From an uncultured Planctomycetaceae bacterium (GTDB lineage Bacteria; Planctomycetota; Planctomycetia; Pirellulales; PALSA-1355), in the NCBI GenBank assembly GCA_963785305.1, contig CAWAUV010000007.1, positions 1,280,001 through 1,344,000 on the forward strand: a stretch of DNA of 64,000 nt, in the 5' to 3' direction. Position 1 is the stretch's first letter. The number at the start of each line of letters is the position of its first letter. Of the stretch, positions 53,098-61,842 are shown piece by piece. A program made the translations under genes and the position numbers. The notes under the pieces were generated by a model. It had not been told where the DNA came from. It worked only from the letters and a program-made list of their open reading frames with translations, and made no database searches.

Positions 53098-56000
53098 ATG
53101 CCCATGACCGACGAATCCACGCTCGACGATCTGCTGGACCGCTGGGAAGCACGGGTCCGCGAGGGTCGGCCCATTGAACTCGAATCGCTGTGCGGCGAGC
53201 ATCCGAAATTGCTCGACGAGCTTCGCCGCCGAGTGGCGATGCTTGGTCGCATGGACGCGCTGCTCGAAACCCAAGCGTATTCGGCCGCGGGGGCGGAGGG
53301 ACCGCGCGAACCAACGACGACAGCCACCGGCGCCAGCGAGATTTCGCCCGCCGCGATCGACGCCGGACGCTATCGGGCGATTCGGTTCCATGCCGCCGGC
53401 GGCTTGGGCGCGATTTTCGTGGCCCACGACAGCGAGCTCCAGCGAGAAGTCGCCCTGAAGCTGATCAAGCACGAATGGGCCTCGAGCGCCGAGAGCCGGC
53501 ATCGCTTCGCGCTCGAAGCCGAAATCACCGGCCGGCTCGAGCATCCTGGCATTGTGCCGGTTTATGGTTTTGGCCACGGCAGCCAATCCGGCGAAGGCGG
53601 CCGGCCGTTTTACACGATGCGCTTCATTCGAGGCGAAAGCCTGCAAAGCGCGATCGATCGCTTTCACGCCGCCGACGCCGCGCCGCGCGATCCCGGCGAG
53701 CGCGCCCTCGAATTCCAGAAACTGCTCCGCGGTTTTTTGCTCGTCTGCGAAACGATCGCCTTCGCGCATAGCCGCGGCGTGGTGCATCGCGATCTCAAAC
53801 CGGCGAATATCATGCTCGGCGCCTACGGTGAAACGCTCGTCGTCGATTGGGGACTTGCCAAGGTCCTCGGCGCCACGGAGCCAGCCGCCCCCGACGACGA
53901 CACGCTCTGGACGCCGGCCGCCGCGGCCCGCTTGGAACAATCGATTCAGGGCCTCGCGCGCGGTTCTCCGGCCTACATGAGCCCCGAACAAGCCGAGGGA
54001 CGCTGGGACCTCGTCGGACCGGTCAGCGATATCTATAGCCTGGGCGCCGTGCTATACATGCTGCTGACCGGCCAGCGCGCATTCGATGGCCGCGACCTGG
54101 GCGAGGTGTTCGACAAAGTTCGCCGCGGAGATTTTCGGCCGCCGCGGGCGGTGAAGGCCAGCGTGCCCGAGGCGCTCGAGGCCGTGTGCCTCAAGGCGAT
54201 GCGCGTCGCGCCGTCGGACCGCTACCAGAGCGCCCAATTGTTCGCGGCCGACATCGAGCATTATCTGGCCGACGAACCGGTCTCGGCGCTCGTCGATCGC
54301 TGGCCGACGCGCGCCCGTCGCTGGCTCAAGCGTCATCGGACATTCGCCGCGTCCGCCGGCATTGGCCTCCTGATGACCCTCCTCGGCTTGGCCGGCTTGA
54401 GCGCGGTGCTGCGCGTCAAGAACACCCAGCTCACGACCGCCCGTCAACGCGCCGAGCAAAACTTCGATCTCGCGCATGGCGCGGTGAAGGACCTGCTCGA
54501 CGAGGTCGACGGAAACCCGGCGCTCCGCCGGCCGGGCACGCATCGAGCTCAAGAATCACTGCTCCGCGTGGCGCTCAAGTACTACCGCGATTTTCTCTCC
54601 TCGGGCCACGACGACCCGCAATTGCGGCGCGAACAGGCCCAAGCGCATCGGCTTGTCGGGCAGATTGTCGCCGAGATCGGACCGCCCGAGCAAGCGTTGA
54701 CGGAATATCGCGCCGCCGAAGCGATTCTCGCGAAACTAGCCGCCTCGGGGGCGACGCCCGAGATCGCATTCGCGCGGGCCGATATTGCCTCGCGGCTCGC
54801 GCTGCTCGAGGGACAATTGGGCCGCCTCGAAGCGAGCCGCGCGGATTTTAGGCAAGCCCGAGAGCGCTACGAGCGTCTCGTGGCCGACCATCCGCGGCGG
54901 GCCGAGTTTCGCTGGAATCTGGCTTGTTTGCAACTGGCCGAAGGAGAGTTCACGCAAGACGCGACATTGCTCGAAGCAGCGCGGAAAGCATTTGACGAAA
55001 CGCCCGGCGGCGCCACGGCGCTACCGGCCGAGATGCAACTCGCGCTGGCGCGAACCTGCTGCGCGCTCGGCGCCATTTACAATTTGCGCGGCGAGCTTAC
55101 GGCCGCCGGGACCGCCTTGCGCGCGCCGACCACACGCTCGCCGCGCTCGGTCCCGCGGATCAAGCCCGGGTCGAGGTCGAGCAGACTCGCGGGCAAATCG
55201 ATCTGGATCAGGCGGCGCTCGCGCGGAAGCGCGGCGAGAACGAGTCGGCGGTCGAATTGCTCGTGGCCGCCCAAGCGCGGTTCGCCCGCCTCGCCGAACA
55301 AAATCCCGATGTGCCGGAATTTCGCTTGCGTCTGGCCGAGGCGAATCTTGGCCTAGGCAAACAATATCTCGCCGCCGACCGGCGGACGCTCGCCGAGCAG
55401 CAACTGCTCGCGGCGCGCGACACCTTCGAACAGTTGGCCCGAGACAACCCCAAGCTGCTCGACCGCTATCAGTTGCGCGAAGCATGATCGATCTGGGAGT
55501 GCTGATGGTCCACGCCGGTCGACTGCCCGAGGCCCAGGCGTCGTACGCTCGCGGCGAAGAAGTGCTGGCCGGATTGGCCGTGATCGACCCGACGAATCCC
55601 AGCGTGGCGCGCGACTGGGCCGCGGCGGAAAGTGGGCAAGGCACGATCGCGATGGAATCGGCCGACTACCCCGCCGCCATCGAGCGATTCTCGAGCGCGC
55701 TGGCCCGACTCGATGCGATCGTCCGCGCGCATCCCGAGCGACTCGAGTTTCGTCAGGCGAACGCCAGGGTGCGGCAAAACCTCGCGGCCGCCCAGGCGGT
55801 TTCCGGCAAGTGGACCGCGGCGATCGCGAACTTCGAACACGCTGCCCGGGAATTCGCCGACAATGTCGCGCGGCATCCCGATGTGCGGCAGTGCGCGATC
55901 GATCGCTCGCAGTTCGATCGGCTGTTGCTGACGATTCTCTGCGAAGCGCTGCCCACGGATTTAGCGGCTGCCGAACGACAGGCTGAAGCCGAGTCGGCCC

Positions 56001-56113
56001 GGCGGCTGTTGCGGCAAGAACTGCCGGTGTTCGAAGCTGAATCGCCGCTCGACGAAGACGACCGGCGGGCGATCGCCGAATGCCGCGGCGCGCTCGGCGC
56101 CTCGGCCCCGTGA
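53098..56113 (+). CDS. Hanks-type Ser/Thr kinase with a transmembrane helix and TPR-like C-terminus, frameshifts near 55125 and 55480
   Basis: GGLG, VALK, EAEITGRLEHPGIVPVY, HRDLKPANIM, DWGLAK, GSPAYMSPEQ, SDIYSLG. TM segment AASAGIGLLMTLLGLAGLSAVL. Confidence 0.92.
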
Positions 56114-56133
56114 GGCGAACGCGATGCAACGCA

Positions 56134-56181
56134 ATCAGCCAGGAACCCGACGACGCGCGGTCGTCGGGAATCCTGGCTGAT
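56134..56181. terminator. Long hairpin between convergent kinase and caspase-like 3 genes
   Basis: ATCAGCCAGGA-A-CCCGACGAC-gcgcg-GTCGTCGGG-AA-TCCTGGCTGAT. Confidence 0.65.
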
Positions 56182-56225
56182 AGTGCGGGAAGCTCTCGGC
56201 CGTGGCCGATGCGAGTTCAGGCGTT

Positions 56226-57998
56226 TCAAGGTTTGATGAGCACGGCTGGCGAGCAGTTATCCACGAACGATGGCTCGTGTTCGCCCTCGGTCGCCGGCTT
56301 TCCCGCGCGAATCATTGCTTCGCGCCGGAGCTTGAAGTATTGCTGCATGAGCTCCGCGGTGCGATCGTTCGATTGATGCACGTCGAGCGGCGTGGTCGCG
56401 TCGTTGATGGCCCGCATCAGGCAGTCGGTGAACAGGCTAATATGCGGATCGAACCCACCGGCAAGCGATGTTTGTTCCGACCGACACGCCGCGAGCAGCG
56501 CGCACTGCGGTTGCCCGATGTCTTTCAGCCGCTCGACTTGTTGTTTGAGAAACCGGAATCGCTTGGGAGCTTCGGCGGCCCCGGCCAGGTCCTTGGTCTT
56601 GGCGAAACCACCGGCATGGCAAGCATCGACCACGACAACTATCTTGCGTCCGGTGAGCGATTGCAGCCAATGGCCAAAGGCATCGTCGCTGACGCACGAT
56701 TCTCGGTAGAGCACACTCACCGCCTTCTCCCAGTTTTCCTCGTTGGCACGGGTGATTCCCGCGGCCAAAAGGCGATCGCGAACCTTGTTCACTCGCCGCG
56801 CCACCGCCGGATCAAGCTGGTTGTCGGCTTCCTGAGTATTGAGTTTCGCGAACACGTCGAACGGCATGAAATCCCGCATGAGCAGCACGGTGTCTTTTCC
56901 ACCGGACTCGTCGCCATCGTCGTCGGCGATCTCCCCTCCATGGCCGGAGAAGTAAATCATCACCGTGTCTCCGGGCCGCGACACGCTGGGCAGCCACTGG
57001 GTGACCAGTTGCTCGAAATTTTGCCGCGTCGCTTTCTCGTCGGTGATCACGCGGCTGTCGTCGAGCTTGCCCACGCGGTTGAGCGTGTCGCGAAGTTGGA
57101 TCGCGTCGTTGCGACAGTTCGGCAGCTCCGGGGTTGATTTGGGCGTGAAGAGCGAAAAGAATTCAAAACTGTTCACGCCCACGAAAACCCCATAGCGTTT
57201 GCCGGTGGGCGCCGGCTGCGCGAGTTGTTCCGTCGTCCGGATTTTCACGGTCGTTTCCGACCATTTATGCATCGCCTCCGACTTGGCCAAATCCTTCACC
57301 ACCCGCGCCACGGCCTTGCCCGACACCGGATTGAACACCGCCGCTCGGGCCGCCGGATCGGAGAGTTCCTTGATCGGTTCGCGCGAAGCCACGACCTTGA
57401 TGATCTCTTCGCCATACGGAGGTCCGACCTGCCAGCGAAACACATCGCCGTGGCTGGGAATCTGCACCTTCATCTTGGCCGGCACGCGGTTCCGGGGCTC
57501 GACCGAGTTGGGATAGATTTGAAACACCTGTCCGTCGGCTTGCTTGTAAAGCACATAAATATAGGCTTCGACCTCGCAGGTGATACGGAGCGAGATCGCA
57601 TCGCCGCGGGAATATTCGCCCGAAGCGCGATCCACTTCCGCATGCACATAAAAAGCCGGCTCCTCTTGCGCGATCGCCTCGGGAGGCGCGACCGCCGGCG
57701 GTTCGATGGCCGCCGGTTCGGGCCGGGCGGGCGGCGCCGGGGGAACTGGAGGCGCCGGCGCGTTTTCAGCAGGCGGGCTCGTCGCCGGGGGATTGGGCAC
57801 GGGTGGGTTCGGAGCGGGTGGGTTCGTGGCCGGTGGGTTCGTGGTGGGCGCGGTTTCCCCGCCGGCCGGAGCGTCCGTGGCGGCGGGAGTATTCGCTGCA
57901 CCGGATTGCGGACCGGTTGCTTCGTCGGCAACAACGGGACTCGCGGTCCCAAGGACCGCCAACAGGCACATCACAAAACAAGTGGAATGGATTCGCAT
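56226..57998 (-). CDS. Exported DUF4384-like + caspase-like (peptidase C14) protein 3 with Pro-rich linker
   Basis: Signal MRIHSTCFVMCLLAVLGTASPVVA, PPATN/PPAPN linker, Y..GD.I.L......AYIYVLY..ADG.V.QIYPN, then YFSGHG, DDDGDE..GKD, VVDACHAGG. Confidence 0.88.
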   Translation of the reverse strand: MRIHSTCFVMCLLAVLGTASPVVADEATGPQSGAANTPAATDAPAGGETAPTTNPPATNPPAPNPPVPNPPATSPPAENAPAPPVPPAPPARPEPAAIEPPAVAPPEAIAQEEPAFYVHAEVDRASGEYSRGDAISLRITCEVEAYIYVLYKQADGQVFQIYPNSVEPRNRVPAKMKVQIPSHGDVFRWQVGPPYGEEIIKVVASREPIKELSDPAARAAVFNPVSGKAVARVVKDLAKSEAMHKWSETTVKIRTTEQLAQPAPTGKRYGVFVGVNSFEFFSLFTPKSTPELPNCRNDAIQLRDTLNRVGKLDDSRVITDEKATRQNFEQLVTQWLPSVSRPGDTVMIYFSGHGGEIADDDGDESGGKDTVLLMRDFMPFDVFAKLNTQEADNQLDPAVARRVNKVRDRLLAAGITRANEENWEKAVSVLYRESCVSDDAFGHWLQSLTGRKIVVVVDACHAGGFAKTKDLAGAAEAPKRFRFLKQQVERLKDIGQPQCALLAACRSEQTSLAGGFDPHISLFTDCLMRAINDATTPLDVHQSNDRTAELMQQYFKLRREAMIRAGKPATEGEHEPSFVDNCSPAVLIKP

Positions 57999-58175
57999 GG
58001 CATCGCTCGCGAGTAAGGGAGACTTGAACTGCCAACATCGCGCGGCCGATCGCCAAGCCGGTTCGCGCCGCATGATGCCAGACTACTTTAACACGGTCTG
58101 AATCACGGCGGCAAACCAAACGGGCCAGGCGTCCCGATCGCGCGAGTCCGGACAACATCGCCGGACACTTCTTAA

Positions 58176-58203
58176 AGCGGCGCCCTGAATCCAATGAGGG
58201 CAA
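58176..58203 (-). promoter_or_regulatory. Candidate ECF-type promoter motif, site 5 (upstream of caspase-like 3)
   Basis: Minus strand TTGCCCT-cattggattcag-GGCGCCGCT. Confidence 0.5.
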
Positions 58204-58280
58204 AGCCCGCGGGAATCCGCAAGAAACATGCTTCCGGGCATCGCGATTACCGCGGCCGCGATGATTTGGAGCCGGAATTT

Positions 58281-58308
58281 TCGCCCCCAGCCGGTCCGCT
58301 TCGCCGCT
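58281..58308 (+). promoter_or_regulatory. Candidate ECF-type promoter motif, site 6 (upstream of the small ORF)
   Basis: TCGCCCC-cagccggtccgc-TTCGCCGCT. Confidence 0.55.
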
Positions 58309-58357
58309 GAATGAGTTGTGGCGCCGTTCAGCAACTTACTTCGCCGAGGATCGAGCC

Positions 58358-58513
58358 ATGCCAGACGGAAAACGCGCTCGCCGTAATTCACCGCTCGCCG
58401 CCAAACGGCGTTGGTACGCCCTGCACCGCTGCGTGCGCTTCAATCGCCGCTTCGGCTTGGCCACGGCTTCGGCCCCTGCCCAAGCGATGCCCGAGCGCGA
58501 ACCGGCGGCCTGA
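58358..58513 (+). CDS. Possible 51-aa basic small protein
   Basis: CGCCGAGGA RBS context as seen before CHAT1 and CHAT3. MPDGKRARRNSPLAAKRRWYALHRCVRFNRRFGLATASAPAQAMPEREPAA. Confidence 0.35.
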   Translation: MPDGKRARRNSPLAAKRRWYALHRCVRFNRRFGLATASAPAQAMPEREPAA

Positions 58514-58565
58514 ACTGGCTCCCCCGCCGGGCCCTTCACGAGCTCAAGAAAATATTTCCGCGAGT

Positions 58566-58593
58566 TTGCCCCGCCCGGACTTTTAATTCCGCT
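58566..58593 (+). promoter_or_regulatory. Candidate ECF-type promoter motif, site 7 (upstream of the toxin-like gene)
   Basis: TTGCCCC-gcccggactttt-AATTCCGCT. Confidence 0.5.
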
Positions 58594-58682
58594 CTTATTT
58601 TTGGCGGGCAAGCGGCGAACCAAATCCTCGCTGGCCCGGCGCCCCGCTCTCTCGAACATCAAACCAGCACAAGGAAAACATC

Positions 58683-60647
58683 ATGTTTCATTTTCTCAAT
58701 CGCTTTGCCGCTCCCAAGCCGGTGGCTCGCTCGCGTCGTCGAAACAAATTAGGCCGCGCCTCGGGTTTCGAGTCGCTCGAATCGCGGGAAATGATGACCG
58801 GGACCAGCGCGCTCACGATGTATCCGGCGGCGACCATCAGTTCGTATACCAATGTGGGCTTTCAAAATAACCCCGTTGCGTCGCTGAGCGCCACGGTCGC
58901 CGGCAAGCAAGACGCCACCCCGGCGCATTTCACGGCCCAGGTCAACTGGGGCGACGAAAACGGCTGGCAGCCGGCGCAAGTGGTCGTGAACAACACCGCC
59001 GGCACGCGCATCCCGCTGCTGATCGAAGGTTCGCACACCTACGACGAACCCGGCACGCACACGATCCAAGTCAAAGTGACGGGCGACGGCATCACGATCT
59101 CCGGCGTCGAAAGCGTCGGCTCCGTGGAAAACATGCCGTCGCAAGCCAGTCAGCCCGGACTCGAAGCGGCGAACCTGGGCGGTCCCAAGCCGCTCGGGGC
59201 CACGCAGCTCGTGCTCTACGATGCCCAAACGCTCACCACCACGCAGGGCGCCGCCGCCAAGGGAATCGTGGCCACGGCCGATGGTTACTATGGAGGTCTC
59301 CACGACACGGTGGCCAGCGATTACAAGACGCAGATCAACTGGGGCGACAGTCCGCGGTGGACCACGGGCAATGTCGTCGCGGCGCCGGCCGGCTCTTCGA
59401 TTCCGTTTCAGATCACCGGAACTCACACCTATCAAGACGCCGGCGCCTTTCCCGTGACCGTGGTCCTGACCGGACCCGACGGACAAACCCTCACGGAACG
59501 AACGAGCATGGTGGTCGTGAATCCCACGTCCGCCACCACGGCGCCGTTATTGCTCAAGGGCAGCGTGGCGGTGAACGCCACCGAGACCCAACTCGTGGCC
59601 GAGGGCGCGCAGCTCGATGCCTGGGGCGCCAATCTGCAAGCCGCCACCAACGACGCCGTGAAGTCGTTTGCCGAGGGACTTTTGAATCCGAGCGCTCAGC
59701 CGTCGGCGATTTCAGTGAGCAATCCGGCTCAATATCCCTTCTCGCGCAGCTTTTTCGACGCCGGTCGCATGCTCCAAGGCATTGCCAACGGCGTGGCCAG
59801 TCTGCCGAAAGACGTGTTGACGATGTTCGAGAATATGGTGTCCCATCCGGAAACGATGATCCCGGGCTATCCGGTCTTCGCGGCGGCCAACACCCTCGGG
59901 GCCGCGGTCGCCAATCCCACGGCCGCCATGAACCAGATCATGCAAGGCTTCCAGGCGTTTGCCAATCTGGATCCGGCCCAGGTGGGCGGCCAGTCGATTC
60001 CGAGCGCCGTGCTATTCGGCATTCTCGGCAGCAACACGACGCTCGCCGGCCAAATCGACAAGGCCGAAACCACTTTCACCGCGACCGGCGGCGCCGCGCC
60101 GATCAAGAACTATGGCGGCATGAGCTCGAATCTGATTCCGCCCTCGCAGGTGATTCCCAGCGGCGAGAAGCCGCTCGCCGCGGTGATCAACCAAATTCGC
60201 TGGGCCAATCCGATCGCCAATGTGAATCCAGGCTTTGGCACGGTCGTGGGAACCGACACCAACTGCGCATATGCCGCGATCGTCACCGACCGCATCTTGG
60301 CCGGCGCCACGCCCGAGGCGATTTCCCAAGGCCTCATGCTCCGCACGGCGCCTCCGGGAGTTCCGCAATCGGTCGGCTGGGTCGAGCAGTTCTTCCAAGG
60401 CAGCGAGTTCGGCGACGAGATCCAATCCGCGACCATGGTCCAACAGATGAACGCCGCCGGAAACGGCGCCCGCGGAATCGTCTATGGGTTCAACACCGAA
60501 ATGGTCAATGGGGTGGAGGAATACGGCACTGGCCACTTCTTCAACGTGGTGAACAACAACGGCGTGATCACGTTCTACGACGGCCAGAGCGGCGGCGTGG
60601 CCAACCTGAGCGGCTACAGCGGCTTCTCGCTACTGCGAACGAACTGA
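58683..60647 (+). CDS. Planctomycete exported protein with two PKD/Ig-like repeats and a C-terminal papain-fold (Tox-PL/glutamine deamidase-like) domain
   Basis: N-terminal RRR...FESLESREMM. Two (V/I)NWGD...G.HTY...G repeats. C-terminal NVNPG...NCA...GARGIV...GHFFNVVN..G.I.FYDGQSG (Cys-His-Asp). Confidence 0.8.
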   Translation: MFHFLNRFAAPKPVARSRRRNKLGRASGFESLESREMMTGTSALTMYPAATISSYTNVGFQNNPVASLSATVAGKQDATPAHFTAQVNWGDENGWQPAQVVVNNTAGTRIPLLIEGSHTYDEPGTHTIQVKVTGDGITISGVESVGSVENMPSQASQPGLEAANLGGPKPLGATQLVLYDAQTLTTTQGAAAKGIVATADGYYGGLHDTVASDYKTQINWGDSPRWTTGNVVAAPAGSSIPFQITGTHTYQDAGAFPVTVVLTGPDGQTLTERTSMVVVNPTSATTAPLLLKGSVAVNATETQLVAEGAQLDAWGANLQAATNDAVKSFAEGLLNPSAQPSAISVSNPAQYPFSRSFFDAGRMLQGIANGVASLPKDVLTMFENMVSHPETMIPGYPVFAAANTLGAAVANPTAAMNQIMQGFQAFANLDPAQVGGQSIPSAVLFGILGSNTTLAGQIDKAETTFTATGGAAPIKNYGGMSSNLIPPSQVIPSGEKPLAAVINQIRWANPIANVNPGFGTVVGTDTNCAYAAIVTDRILAGATPEAISQGLMLRTAPPGVPQSVGWVEQFFQGSEFGDEIQSATMVQQMNAAGNGARGIVYGFNTEMVNGVEEYGTGHFFNVVNNNGVITFYDGQSGGVANLSGYSGFSLLRTN

Positions 60648-60740
60648 CGCCACGCCGCCAAGGTCACCTCGCGGCGAATGGATTGCAAATGGCCAATCCC
60701 GGACTTGGAACAGCGACCCGGCGCGATTCTTAAAATAGAA

Positions 60741-61355
60741 TCACGCCGGGTTGCGGCACTGCGTTCGCTTCGGTGTTTCGTATTCGAAGAGAGCGGGCCA
60801 GTGGATTGCCGTTCGCACGTCGTTTAAATGGGCGCTCACGATCGAGTGGACATGGTAGCCGCTCCGCGATTCGAAGTCGCGGAGTCGGGCCATGCCGCGC
60901 CTTTTGGCCGCGGGCGACACCTCCTTGTTCACCGAAGCGAGCATGCCGAGCTCGATGTCACCCGTCATGGCCACTCCGCGGAATACGGTCGTCACATCGT
61001 CGTGCGAATGCTTCGGCGCCTTGATGAGCCAAAGGGGTTCACCGCCGACATGGAGCAACCGATCGCCCGAAACCTCTTTTGGATGAATGAACTCCGCGGC
61101 CGGGAAGGCCTTGGCGAGAGCATTCCAGGCATCTTCGTCGAAATGATCTTCATGGGAGTGCGACGCCGTGACATAGCGAAGCGATACTCCTACGTCGCGG
61201 AGCGCCGCTCGAACAATCTTCACTGTCAGCCCGGGCGGAATCTCGAGCAGCAGCGCCTCGTCGCCGTGAACAAGTAGCCAGCTTCCGACGTCGTCGGGCT
61301 CGCCATCGGGAAACGCGCCGAGGAGGCGCCAACCCTCGAAGTTCGGAATTTCCAT
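60741..61355 (-). CDS. Metallo-beta-lactamase-fold protein
   Basis: SHSHEDH (HxHxDH), PKHS..D, TGD, SAH. GGGGAGG RBS. Confidence 0.75.
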   Translation of the reverse strand: MEIPNFEGWRLLGAFPDGEPDDVGSWLLVHGDEALLLEIPPGLTVKIVRAALRDVGVSLRYVTASHSHEDHFDEDAWNALAKAFPAAEFIHPKEVSGDRLLHVGGEPLWLIKAPKHSHDDVTTVFRGVAMTGDIELGMLASVNKEVSPAAKRRGMARLRDFESRSGYHVHSIVSAHLNDVRTAIHWPALFEYETPKRTQCRNPA

Positions 61356-61407
61356 CGCCAGACCTCCCCGGGGCACGATCATGAAACCGCCGCTCGACCC
61401 CGGCCCG

Positions 61408-61499
61408 CGCGAGCCAGATGCCCGGAAACTTCGCGGGCGATGCGTCAATATCAAGGTAACAAAGTTCTTAGATCGTGGCGAACCAGTTCGACCGCCGCG
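61408..61499 (+). repeat. 92-bp direct repeat, copy 1
   Basis: CGCGAGCCAGATGCCCGGAAACTTCG...GGCGAACCAGTTCGACCGCCGCG, identical to 63492-63583. Confidence 0.95.
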
Positions 61500-61842
61500 C
61501 GTTTCATATTAGCTTGTTGAAAAATGCGATCGTGGCGTCTTTCAACCATGGCGCTCCGCGTGTCGCATGGGAGACGTTTTGGCCGCGTGGTTCGTGGGCC
61601 AGTATTCCGGCGCCTGCTCGCGCGCGTAAGCGCCTCGCAGCCTGAACCATATGCTCGCGTCGCGGGAAACACGGCGCCACTCTCATGCTCGGCAGTAGCT
61701 TGCGTATCGAGTCCCATGTATGATGTTGGAAAATATTTGTTTCTGAAACCGCGATATTCAGATCAAACGTTTCGGAGCGATTTCCGTGGTTCCGCGTGTT
61801 CCCATATTTTCGGGCGACGACATTCATACGAGAAAGAACGCC

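Noticed and set aside
38728..60647. Gasdermin or type III CRISPR (Craspase) association
   Set aside because: No gasdermin-like, Cas7-11, Cas10 or SAVED/CARF gene is recognisable in the window.
61479..61490. LexA box within the 92-bp repeat
   Set aside because: CGAAC-CA-GTTCG has a 2-bp spacer, not the 4-bp spacer of the GAAC-N4-GTTC box.
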